From positions 3,348,001 through 3,412,000 of the forward strand of contig OZ234493.1 of assembly GCA_965153455.1 (NCBI GenBank): a stretch of DNA of 64,000 bases. Direction: 5' to 3'. The first letter of the stretch is position 1. Every line of letters begins with the position of its first letter. The position numbers and the translations under genes are program-made. The DNA is from Sphagnum compactum. Taxonomy: Eukaryota. The notes beneath the pieces are model-generated. The model saw only the letters and a list, made by a program, of their open reading frames with translations. It was not told the origin of the DNA and did no database searches. Below are positions 12,780-25,197 of this stretch, in pieces.

Positions 12780-15566
12780 AGCAACCTAGTGAAAAAGCAC
12801 ATTTTGTGTAGAAGAAATGTACGTTAGCTCCATCTGGTTCGTTCGAATCACTTCAAATCAATAGTTGTCTTACCATGTTGACATATCACTATGCGTTTGG
12901 ACCCAAGGATGAAAGGTTAGAGGATCCTATTGTAGACAAGGTGCAAGGTAGCGAAAGACTTGGGTGGTTAGGCCCTAGGAGAATGAAACAATCTCACAAT
13001 GACTCCATTAATAGGATGTCAATGTGGGTTTAGAATTGGCCAAAGCTACGTCACACTTTATATTACATTAATCCATTATTATTGTATGGAACATGTGGAC
13101 AATGTAGGAAATCTTTATTGTGGGCAACGCTCAACCCAATTCAAAGGCATGCATATGCAATTTGCACTGCATTTGGGCAAAGCAATGAAAGACTGGATTA
13201 TGGACAATATTAGGTTCGGGCACTCGACTGCGCAAATCATGACAAAGCACCAACAACATTGCTACGAGCAAGATCCCTCTAGAGAATTGTTGACATGTAA
13301 TCATTTTGTCTTCCCCCATTACATACACAATGCCATGGATACATATGTTAGTTTGGAGTACAAATGCCATCGGGACATGGCAACCAGCGTCAGATTGTGG
13401 GCTGATGCAAATTCCGACAAAGTATTCTTCTTCAACAAGAAGTAATAGCCTCAATGTCAATCTGGCTTAAATTTTCTATTGGAATTCAAATTGCTTCCCA
13501 GATAAAGCTGATGGTAGATCTCGGCCATCAAAGGGTTGTTGCATGTGATGCAACATTCGGGACAAATGACAAGGTATGAGATCTTTATCCTATTCTTCTG
13601 CCTTTAGACATGTAATGTCTCCCAAGGACATCTAAATAACAAATGTTTTGTTTCTCGCAGTTCCCGTTGTATACACTAATGGTTTTTTATGAATGGCAAA
13701 ATGGAATTTTGGTGGCTTGGATTGTGTCAACTCGGAACAAGAACACAAACCTCCAATCCTGGTTGACCACGTTGAAAGACATGTTCAGGCAAGATTTGCT
13801 TGAATGGAATCTGATTACTTTCATAGTTGACAATGTCGATTTGGAAATTAACGCCATCAACTAAGTGGAGTTCATAGTTACTTTTATTTGAATGTTGCAT
13901 GGGTTTAATATGTCATTTCCCCAAGGAGTTTCCATGAGAATGGCTTTCTCAAGGACAACAAGGGTTGATTACCTTCCCCGGGGAGATAGTGGATTCCCTC
14001 ACATCCTATAATAGGAACCCGTAGGCAAGCATAGGGCAAGGCCCCCCCTTTAGAATATCAGGGTTGGAATTCTCGGGGGAGCATATTGGGGAGATGGTTC
14101 CCTATTGAAACAATTTCCCCGAATGACGTTTCTCCAAGAAACATATTCCATTATAAGTAAGGTTCTTCGAGAAAACACTTCCTTGAATCTCAGAAATCCG
14201 CTTCCCTGATAAGTCAATTCCTGCTGCCCTAAGAAGACTCTTCCGTAGGAAGCACATGAATGGATCACTAGAATAGTTTTTGCTCGCTTTTGGCGCATTA
14301 CAATGTTAATAAGTTGAATTATTTTTTATTGTTCTCATGTTTAGGGCTTGTTTTCTCGAGTCCGTCATGTTACTTTGTTTTTGGGACGTTCGTCAAGCAT
14401 GGCTCAAACACTCTTTCAAGAAAATTTCGGACCCCCTGGTTAATTCCCATGTTTTCAAAGCAATGGGAGATATCATGTACCTCCAAGGGGTTTCACCATG
14501 TCCGTTGTCATAGGTTGCAGTTGAGAAAGAGGCTTTGATTCAACTTTCCAACCTCCGGACAATGTAACCATTAGTGAAGTCATTATTTGATTATGTCGAT
14601 GCATACTAGGTGCTGAAGATCTCCATGTGGTGCACCGATGCATAGATTATACCACATGCAAACCAAGATACGAATGCCACTATAGAAGCATACCATGGGA
14701 ATTTGAAGGAATGGCTCAAAAGCATGAAATGTAGGTTGGAAGGGAGGAGATTAGATTGGTTGATTCACCAACTGGTCAGAAAAGTCACCACACATTACTA
14801 GTATATTAGAGTGTTAAAACATGACAGTTTCCTACGGAACCATCAGGTAGAACAATATTTGTCAAATGCATGGTGGTTAGGATAGGAAATCCCAAATTTG
14901 CACATCCATCTCCCAAAGCCAAGATCCACAAATCCAGCAAGGTTCCACTCGTAGTCGCACAATCGTATACAATATACAATTTGCAATCCTGAGTCAAAGT
15001 GGGCATCTTGTGATTGCCCATGGGCACAACAAGGAAACCTATGCAAGCACCAAATTGTTGTGCTCATGAAGTTAAAGCCGAACCTTCCCCCCGAGATTGT
15101 TGTTTCATCTTGCGAAACATTTCTCAAAACATTGGCGCGTGGACTTGGGGCATTGAAAGACTTGCCTTCCCTTCTCTCAAACTTAAAAACTGCAACAACT
15201 TGTTTGTCGACCCTTGGATCATGTACGACACCAAGATCGAGTAGATTGCAACCGTATGGTTCATCAACACCGTCATCTACCCCACGGTCGCTTATGGGTG
15301 AGATCTTGCAAGTGATTAGTGTTTTTTTTTACGCTGTGGGACAAAATGACTACTTGTAATCCCAAATTTTGGTGGAGTTCAAGTCTATACAAGGAAAAAT
15401 GGAATCTTTAAAGGCCCCTTTGGAGGCCGGGTTGTGTCACCCTGTTGGCAACATTCTTTTTGCTATAACAAATGGCAATAACCTTAGCATTAAGAGAAAG
15501 CTTGATTTTATTGATTGCATGAAAACCAAAACCAAGCCCATTTCTACAAATGAGAGCAAGAATTAG
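12780..15566 (+). pseudogene. MULE (MuDR-like) DDE transposase with SWIM zinc finger; degenerate, intron-containing
   Basis: Motifs in order: DATFGTNDK, intron 13574-13660 (GT..AG), FPLYTLMVF..GILVAWIV, FIVDNVDLEINAI, LCFWDVRQAWLK (CxxH with H->D), TNATIEAYHGNLK, GRRLDWLIHQL, and SWIM CDCPWAQQGNLCKH (~15009-15050). Several stops and frameshifts. The 5' boundary is approximate. Confidence 0.88.
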
Positions 15567-18500
15567 TCGCCTGCAACATGAAGATATGGATCAGTCTCAA
15601 CTTGATGAACGAGTCTCATAAGCAATTACCCTGGGAAGCCAAAAAGTATAAGGTAAAGGACCTCTTCCTCGGGAACAAAAATTGTAATGTTTCAAAGGTA
15701 TTCAATAGCATGTAAAATTGCAACCACATTTGTCCCTACCACATATTGGAAAATAATAGTGTTCTTATACTCACTTGTAACCTACAATGTGACTCTTTCC
15801 TTATCAATAATATCTACTAGGTTCCCCATGTACGCATATTAATTTCATCATGTTTTAGTAGCAGAACACCTAAGACATTAAATTTTGCCTTAAATGTTTG
15901 CAGACATTTGCGCATCTCTATTAAGGGCAAGTCCACAGTATAATGAGCCACACCCAACTCCTTTGTTCTTTTCAAAAGGACAAGGACTTGAAATTTGAAA
16001 TTGAGATGGCATGCAACCATTGCACAAAATTCATGGTTTAATCATATATTTGACTTGTATCATATATTTGACTTGTATATAAAATTTAGTTTCTTTGAAT
16101 TTTACAACTTATCTTTATATTTATCCTAGAGTTATTGGAAGAAAATTGTAGATTTTGAATTTTATAATTTATTTATGTATCAATTCCAATGATGATCTAA
16201 AACCATGTAAAGATTAATAATTATTCAATCTACATGTGAAAAATTTTCAAACAAATCTAGATTAATTTTGATTATTTTTATGTGACTTACTCAAGACCTT
16301 AGGATTGGTTACAAGTGCTTAATTAGTCCTTTTTCACCTTCAAATGTTGATATAATTGATTCATATTTTTATATGTCATTCTTGAATGTATTTTACATCA
16401 CACTATGTAGATTTTTTGAAAAACATTTAATCCTAAGTGAAGCTAAAAGTTGACAAGTGTGTTATTCAACAGTGCTTACATTTACAATGGTTCATTATAT
16501 TACAGACTTACCTTTATACCAAGAACTTGTCTGCAAGTGGAAGTCAAAGAACTCTGAGAGGATCAAAAACCAACTTACTTCAAAGTTGTCTGATTCTAAT
16601 CGCAACAAAGTTCTTGTGTATACAAACCCATTTTGAGGACATTGTGAATTACCTTTAATTCGCCACAAAGTGAAATACATAGTTAGGACAATATAAAGTT
16701 TAAATGTTCTTTATCATCTTCACAAGCTACAACATACACTCCCTAGTGACATCCTTCTCGAAAGTGTAACGCATCCCTAGCAAGATTTGTTCTGTGAAAT
16801 CACCTAGGGAAAAATATCCCTGGGGAAAACTCTTCCCAAGGAAGAGGCATCCTAGGGAAGACACTCCCCCAAGAAACTCTTCCACAGGGAAAACTTTTCT
16901 TGGGGATAAATCTCCCTGGGAAAAACTCCTTTGGCAGGAAATTCCAACCCTCCCACATAACTTATCTTCCTCCCCCAGGAAACACAATTTTTTCCCCGCC
17001 AGGGTGATCTTATAGCTTCCCGAGGCCACCTTCCATGCGCCATATTTCAAAATTGTGTGGGTTTGACATATGTTGCGTTCCCAGGGAGCCCAACATTGGG
17101 TTGGGGATAACCTCCCCAAGGAAAGCACCCTTATATTCATCGTGAACTTCTGAATGCTCCCTAAGGAACATACATTCTCTCCTGCTAAGGAGATCTATTC
17201 GCCTTTTCCCTGGGTAAAACCATCCAGGACTAAGGTATGATGACATTGCCATAGGAGCTATGGCTTGAAAGCACATGACGAATATGACATAAGAAGGTGA
17301 TAATCATTTGTGACAATGTTGTTTACAATGAAGATGGCATTTACAAGCAGCAAAAGAAGACCAGTAATGCAAAAATGGCAAAAATTTGATTAAAAGTTCA
17401 TGCATGCTATCTATATTTATATGCACTTCAAATGAGGGGAAACCAATGCCACCTCTTTGCCCAAGTGTCGTCTAATCCTTAGGTAGAAGGGAATCCAATA
17501 TTACCTATCAGCATCATCCTTGGGATGATGGGAATCCTATGAACATTTAACTAATCTAGTGTACTCGGGTAAACCGCTCGTAGGGCATCATAGCTTCTTT
17601 GGATAGGGTAAAAACTCTCTCGCATGAGGCTCAATTCCTTCTCCCCCTAGGATACATTTTAGTTCCATGATTAGTGACCTAGACAAATGGTCATTCGCCG
17701 ATTGGAACTTCCAAAATTGCCAAGGAGAAATGCACACATCAGCTAATGCCCATTATGTTTATATCACTTTGTTACCCCATCGTTACTTTCCCTGGAACCA
17801 TCATGTATTGAATAACGACTTTCAATGTGTAAGGTTGATTATATTATTCAAATCGGGCATAATTTTTACCTCTTAAAAAACCACACCTACTTTCCATGTC
17901 TTCCTTTAGTGGTGATCAAGTTGGTTCCTACTCTTGATTGTGAAGTTAAAGTTTACGCTAGTCCGTTCGTCGAGCTGCACCTAATAAACATCTCAGACAG
18001 ATATGAAGGTCGATCTAGGCTCGATATTCCAACATTTAAAACTTTATGCACTGTATTATCATGAACAACCAACAATATTTTTGAACTCCATACACCACGA
18101 TCAGCTTGCATGCGAGATTTAGTCTCCTCATAAATACTCTAATGGACTTGTTGGTGGTGTATAGGATTTATCATCATTCGAGTCATCATCCTCATTTTCT
18201 AACACAACAATGCAACACTTTAGTGTTTCCCATATAACATTATTGACCCTAGTCACTTCTCTCTAAGTGAATGGCTTCCTTTTCGCATTTTCCATCACGT
18301 CACATCGTGGAACTACCATTAATTGAAGCCTTTCGGAAAAACTACAACTCTTGCAAATATCATGGTGAAGTTTTCACCTCAATGTGCTGGGTGTGCAAAG
18401 TAAATTAGTCTCGTGTAATTGACTTTCGATTCATAAAGGTTATTTATCAAGGACCATTCCCTAGGAAAGATGTCGTTATTTTCAACTTGCACCGCAAAGA

Positions 18501-19606
18501 TGAATTAAACATCATCCTAACCTAATGCGCCAAGGAGGTGGCGTGCTCCCTCGGGTTCTTGCTGGGAATAATTTAGCCTGTAGGGAACTTTAGCTCCCTG
18601 ATGATTTCAGCTCAAAAGTATGGTCCCTGGGAGAAATAATAGCGAACTTAGCTCCCCATGAAACTGAAAAGTTATTCAATTGCACGACGCCCTAACATGA
18701 AAAACAACTCCTTGAGGAACAAATAGGGATTAACTCCCCAGGAAGTTTCCAAATTTCAAACTCATGGTGATCAACATTCTCATGTCCCCGGGGAAGAGAG
18801 GACTCCCCTTGGGGAATCAAGATAACCTCCCCAGGGAATTGTGAAGACTTTCCTTGAAGAAAATATTGTCTCCCCAAGGAAAGACTAAAGGGTTTCCTTG
18901 GAAAGTGATCACACTCTCCTCGAGGAAGAGAAAAAACTCTCCTCAGGGGATTAAAAAGACTTTCCCTAGGAGGAGAGAGACTTTCCCTAGGGAAGAGAGA
19001 ATTTTTTCCGGGGAACTGTAAAGATAGTCTCCCCGAGATAGTGATCATACTCTTTTTGGGGGATTGAGAAGACTCCCCTTGGGAAGTGTAAATCGTCTCC
19101 CTGGGAAAGTGATGACATTCTCTTCGGGGAGGAGACTCGGGGAAAAGAAAATACTCTCCATGGGGAAGTGATTCATACATTACCCTAGGGATCTTCAGTT
19201 ACTTAGGTCCTTCGAAAGGAATCAGGTTCAACTCTCCAGGAACAAAGTATGCAAATTCTTCGAAGGATGTGCTAAAGTCCCAGGGACGTTTCTAGGTTTC
19301 ACCTTTGCATGGTATATTTTAACGAATGCTCTTTGGGGAACTGCCTATTGGCAGCTCCCCAAGGACAAATATATATATGTTTCCCAAAGAGTTGGTATTG
19401 GCAACTGCCCGAGGACCTATTTATTTTTGCTAAAAGTAGAAAATATTGCCTTATGGAATACAAATATCAAAAAACATAAGCATAGAACAAATCACAAATT
19501 TTTTATTAAATAAAAAAGAACGTACATTATTTACATGCTAAGAGGATTTTAACACTCAACATGGTCTCTCATAGATTGTTTCATCTCTATTCGAGAATTC
19601 CTTCTT

Positions 19607-20340
19607 CTACTCCACAAACACTACGTCCTTGATTATCTTATAAACTGCACCCTGCAATTCCTCTGCATCCTTTATGGTGAACCACTTACCACCATCAAAA
19701 ATTGCATCTAGGCCTTCTCGTTGTGCCTTGAGGTGCTGAAACAAGTTCAACATCATGTAATATGTGCAATTCGTACTCCCTTGTTGTTGGGGGATCTGAG
19801 GCTTCTTCCATGACAAGCTAGAAATAACGATCTTACTTTCATCATCCCACGCTTCCATGAGATCAACCTCAAGTCTTCTAAAAAAATGGGTCACTTGCTC
19901 TTCTGTGTGGGATAATTCCCATGAGTTCAATTGCACAAATCAGTTAGGTTTGTAGCAAAGGATGCTCCAATGTCTAGAGAACCCCGTAGCTCACCCAATG
20001 GTTGCTTGTGCAACTAACCAACCATGGTTAAGCCCCTTGTGCACTGCACCGTATGCAAATGGGAAGATGTGGTGGGACTTTCCCTTCGCCATTCTCCAAT
20101 CTAGCCACTCCATAAACTCTCCAATCCTTTCCAACCATTGTTTCACATCAACTTCCCACAATGTATTCATTAGTTGTGTGGGTGCAATCCATGTATCTCA
20201 TGGGACCCCCTTGAGGATGCGACAAAAGAAAATGTCCATGATATTGTTTGTGGCATCACTACTTTTTATCAGACATTTGATGTCATTGAGGTTGATCATA
20301 ATCTCCTCTTGGCCAAATGATATTTTGACATCCGACCTCT
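19607..20340 (-). pseudogene. Ulp1/SENP-like (peptidase C48) domain carried by the MULE
   Basis: Minus strand reads INLNDIKCL...NNIMDIFF...HIFPF...HWSILC..FVQLNS...PQIPQQQGSTNCTYYMM. This gives the His, (Asp->Asn), Gln and Cys catalytic-site order of C48 proteases, with in-frame stops. Confidence 0.72.
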
Positions 20341-20899
20341 AGTCCTCACTCGTGTGCTTTTTGGCGATGTTACTGTAGGATGATCTTGTGCCGAAAGAAG
20401 ACATAATTTGAACAAAAAATTGAGGTCCACAAGGAGTTGAGCAATGCATCTCTGCGGGAAAACGAGAGTATCAAATCCTCGGGAAGGTTTACACTTACAC
20501 TCCCCTGATGATTGAAATCCTGGGGAGCTGGTCACATCCTTGGGGAATAAAATTTATCAATTGCCTGAAAAGCTATGATGTACAGTTCCCTAGGGCCGTC
20601 AGATGTGAGCTCCCCAGGAGTTGGGGTCCCTGGGTTACCTAATTCATCATATACTCAGAGATGACGGGTTAAGCTACTCGAAGACTTCAGCTTTCGGGGA
20701 GCTCGTGGGTGACATCCCCACGAAGCTATATAAGGTGATTTTAAGGGAAATAACACCTTCAAGTCCTTGGGGAGCATCCAAGTCTCAGCTCTCAGGCCGA
20801 TTGCACCATTTAGTGCGCCCAGGAACTGAAATCATAGGTCCTCGGGAAGGCTTGATGGGAAATAGAAACTCAATTGCGAAAAAAGTTTTGGGGCATCTT

Positions 20900-23800
20900 A
20901 CCTAGATTTTTGTGATCAAAATTACGAATTTAAGTTGAAGATCTCATGCCATGCATTCCATTACATTGCCAACTACTGCACTTTTGAAATTAACGGCGAC
21001 TTTTTCTTTTGAGGCTCTACCTTCTATCCCCAATAGCGAGAGTGGGCATCTTGTTGTTTGCTTTCAAGTACGGCTCATATTGTGCACCTTTCTTACCTTT
21101 TGCGTCTTTAGAGGCATTCGATGGGCTTTGAGTTGATCACCTTCCCTTATCGAGTTTAGGTTTTATTGTCAAGGACGCAGGTTGTTCAACTCCCTATAGT
21201 ATTCTCTATGCCTGGCCACGGGGCCAGCACCCAAATGTCATTTTGTCCCGAGACTCCCAAGTGGGAGTCCCGAAATTCCCTAAATTGGGACTCTTATAAC
21301 TTTGGAGGCGCATAACTTTATGTGCAGACCTTTGATTGAAATGAAGTCTAAAGCAAAATTGTAGCCCTTGTCAAAAGCTTTCTAACGATATGTGACACGC
21401 CACCTGAACACAAGGAAATTAGGGCAATTCTTGACTTTTAGTGGTTGGGAGTCAAATTGGCAATTTGACTCCTAGCCCTTCTTTTGGCCATAACTTGTGT
21501 GTTTTAAATACCTAACTGGGTCATGCGAGCCCATTTTAGACATTAAGTTCCACGACTTTTCCAATGATATAGAGAACTCTTCAATCCAATGGGTTTTGAC
21601 CCCTGTAATTGCTCTCTGAAAATTCGGGAATTCATCGAGACTCCAACTCCCAAAATGGGAGTTCATTTGGGAGTGTGGAGGTTCATTCCCTCACACCCTC
21701 CCACACTCCCGGGAGCATGAAATATGACTCTTGGGCTTCATTCTTGGCCCACACCTTCACAAGCCCTTGCCTTGGTCGCGAGCCCAAGGCTAAGGTTGCA
21801 ACAGTAATTCTCGACTTTTAGTGGTCAGGAGTCAAATTAGCACTTTGACTCTCAACCTTTCTTTTGGCCGTAACTTATGTTATAAATACTCAAATGGGTC
21901 ATAGGAGCCTACTTTAAACATCAAAATCTTAATAATTTTGCAATGGTATAAGCAAGTATTCAATCTAATGAGTTTTGACCTTTGAAATTGCTCTTTGAAA
22001 ATTTGAGATTCCATAGGGATTCTAACACCCAAAGTGGGAGTCCACTTGGGAGTGTGTGGGCTCATTCCCTCACACTCTCTTGCACTCCCGGGAATATGAA
22101 TATGACTCTCGGGTTGCACTCTCAGCTCGCACCTTTCCATGCCCTTGCCTTGGTCACTAGCCCAAGGCTAGGGTCGTGACAATACCAGCGGAATAGGGGA
22201 TCTTTGGGATTCTCCGCAAGCCACTCTAGAACCTTTGTTCTAAGGTGGTCTAATTAAGGACATCACTACAACTCAATTATCATAGATGTCGCAAAACGTT
22301 AGTTCCTTCGTTGTCCCCATGTGTAGCACCATGCCAATTGTTGCCCCCAATTTTCAACGCACACTCGCTAAAGTATTGATACTTATGATTGTTATTCGAT
22401 GGCAACCAAACCAAGATGGCCCATTTATTTTGGAAGTTATCAATCACAAGTCCAGAACTCCTACACCTTAGAAGTGGGTTTTTCGAGAGAATGCAATGTT
22501 GATGCTGCCATCTAAGAAACCGCTACCCTTTGAACCTCCTCATTTATAGTGCGATGGAAAGACCCACTGATGGATTACAAATGATGTTGAAAGGGCCAAT
22601 GGGGGAGAAGTGTTCGAATAGACCAGGTGGTGGCTTCCCAAAATCCGGGCCATGGTGAGTCTTGTGAGTCTGTGTTTGCCCATGGTTCTTCCATGCACCA
22701 AAAGTGTTCCAGCTACGCACTAACCAACTTATTGTTTGGTTTGTGGAGGTCTATGTGAGTAATTTACTTGCTTGTCAATCTTCCTAGTCCCCATCTCGGA
22801 ACTCCAGCACGCCTCTCTACCCCCGAAGTGCTGCGAGCCAGGGAGTGCGCCGCAACTCCTTCTCCTTCCACTATCTTCACCTTGAGACTCGTAATTGAAT
22901 CCATCAAGGAGCTTGGGGGTGCATCAATTACCCTGAATTACATGCATGTAGGTGGCATGCCACATATATGTGGAAAGCTTTCAACGAGATCTATAATTTT
23001 GTTTTAAACCTTGTTTCAATCGAAGGTCTGCACAAGAAGTTATTGGCGTCCAAAGTGGCAGGAGTCCCAATTTTGGGAATTTCGGGACTCCTGACTTGGG
23101 AGTCCCAAGAAAAATGATTTGGATGTAACCCCTATGGCCAATCAAAAAGAATAATATAAGGGGGAAGGTGGTGGCTTCCCCCAAGTCCAGGTCATGGTGA
23201 ATCTTTTAAGTCTATGTATGCCCGTGGCTCGTTTGTGCACCAAAAATGTTTCAATTATGCACTAAGCAACTTGTTGTTTGGTTTGTGCAGGTCCATATGA
23301 ATAATTGAACCGCTTGTCATTCATCCTAGTCCCCATCCCAAAACTCCATCACGCCCTTCTTATCACCAAAGTGCTATGAGCTAAGGAACGTACCGCAATT
23401 CCTTCTTCTTTCGTTGTTTTCACTTTGAACTCGCATTTGAATCTTTCAAGGAGTTTGGGGGTATGTTAGGTACCAAAAGAAACCTTAGCACCAAACACTT
23501 TCTCCACACCCATGGCCTCTCTAGCAACATCTGTGTCTTGGGCCCTTTTAGCCTCCTCAACCTTCTCCCCACCTTGACACGTGTCTAGGGCCACAACTGT
23601 CTTTGGCCCTCCAAGCCTCCCTAACCCGATTCATGTCCCAAGAAAAACACCTATCCTCGGCCCATGCCTCTTCTTCGACCTAAACCATGTTTTCGAGAAC
23701 CAATGTCTATTCGACACTATGAACGTACTTAACCTTCTCCCTGACCATGTCCGCCTCCTCAGGCACTTCCGCCTCCCCGGGAACAATCATCTCCCTGGGC

Positions 23801-24830
23801 ATGTCGCCCTCCCTATGAATTGATTTGGTGTCAACACGAAAGGTTAATATATCCACATGTATAATTCCCTCATCCTTAGATGGGCTTGAGGGTGGGCATT
23901 TATCAACAGCCTTAGATGTTACGCTCCTCCTGACCTCAATAGCAAAAACAATGTTGTTTTCGATAAAAACTTTTTTGACGACATCCTGATTATGGGGGTC
24001 ACCCATTTCAATGTCAAGGGCATCTACGTTCGACCGGGCCTCAGACATCACCTCCATCATGTCTAGCCAACTTGCTTCAAGGCCACCTCAGTGGCCAATT
24101 CCTACTTGACTTCTTCCATCATGGCATCGACTTCATGCCCTTGCACAGCTAGGGCAAGTGAGGTTTGATAAGATCTATTGCCTTCTTCAACTATATCCAC
24201 ATGCATTCTATATGGGTCATGTTGAAAATCTATAGCCCTTGGGCTTTCTTGTCACTTTGGATTCCCCAACAATCCAAGTACTCATGGTCTGTTTCTAACA
24301 AATTGTAGCTTTTACAACTTTTTGGCTCCACCGTCATCAGTTGGTTCCCACCCCGTTCTGCAAACATTGATGTTGCGTTTGGCAGGGTAGCGAAAGCCAT
24401 TTCAAGATGACGCTCGGATGACTCCCTTGGAATCTTTAGCTTTGGGGAGATGTTGACCTTGGGGAATGTAGACTTCTTCCCTGAAGATAGGTCTCCCTAA
24501 GGAGCCTACCTTTTTGGGGAGACATCATTCCCGAGGAAGGGAGACTTTGTCCCTAGGGAAAATGTCATCGTGGGAAGATGTCTCCCCAGGGAGGACAGTT
24601 TAGGTAATAGGAGACATGAACAAGATAAGGAAGAGACTTACGAGACACTAAAAACAAGTGGCGCAAATCGAGGTTTTGCCGAACCATCATCGCCTACTTC
24701 AACGTTTTTTCGACTAATATTCGGTCTTCGAATGGGGTTTCTGACCATAATACGCGCCACATTTGTTCGCTATTTCGAGCCCATTCCCAGAGTGTTCATA
24801 CTTGCATTGATTGAACAAAACTAGTCATCA
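20900..24830 (-). pseudogene. Low-complexity cargo coding region, probably the N-terminal exons of the Ulp1-like gene, interrupted by nested solo LTRs and an inversion
   Basis: ORF 23707-24060 (-). A GTAAG donor lies at ~24640. The reading frame continues across the LTR TSD from 23469 (-) into 22187-22471 (+). Confidence 0.5.
21190..23468. mobile_element. Two nested solo LTRs (related to the 37459 LTR) whose 5' halves are inverted
   Basis: LTR starts TGTTGCAACC (21803, -) and TGTCACGACC (22181, -). LTR ends GGGGGTGCATCA (22926, +) and GGGGGTATGTTA (23468, +). Inner TSD ATTAC (21804-08 rc / 22927-31). Outer TSD GGTAT/GGTAC (22182-86 rc / 23469-73). Confidence 0.85.
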
Positions 24831-25197
24831 TTTCAAGGTTAAGGCAATGAAAAGGGATATGAAATGCACTAAATACAATGTCAACTCGCTTAAAATAAGA
24901 TGTAGCTAGCTACAAAGCTTGAAAAAAAAGGGAGAGAAATGGTGATGGAGGTGGATGTAAGGTGGCCCATTGTTGACATCAACAAGGCTGACAATAAATG
25001 GATGCGACTTGGGACAAGATGACATGGACCCTTTAGTGATTTTCAAAGATTGCAAATTCAAATCTATGGTTAGCCCAAGATCCTATGGTTAAGACTATGA
25101 TGAATTTATAGCTATAAATCCATTTGATTTAACAAGGGTATGTAGAATGGGCCATTGGGATCTTGCCACTTGGTGAAATTTTGTAAGAAAAATGAAA

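Noticed and set aside
16500-17900. Possible BAH-like domain in degenerate minus-strand MULE cargo (NYARFE..QPYTL; FEVSWF)
   Set aside because: The resemblance is weak and spread over several frames. It needs a profile search on a repaired consensus.
18690-19200. Regularly spaced repeats as a CRISPR array, or the 162-aa ORF as a real protein
   Set aside because: The repeats are short degenerate motifs without a constant repeat/unique spacer structure, and the context is eukaryotic with no cas genes. The ORF is a by-product of the motif array.
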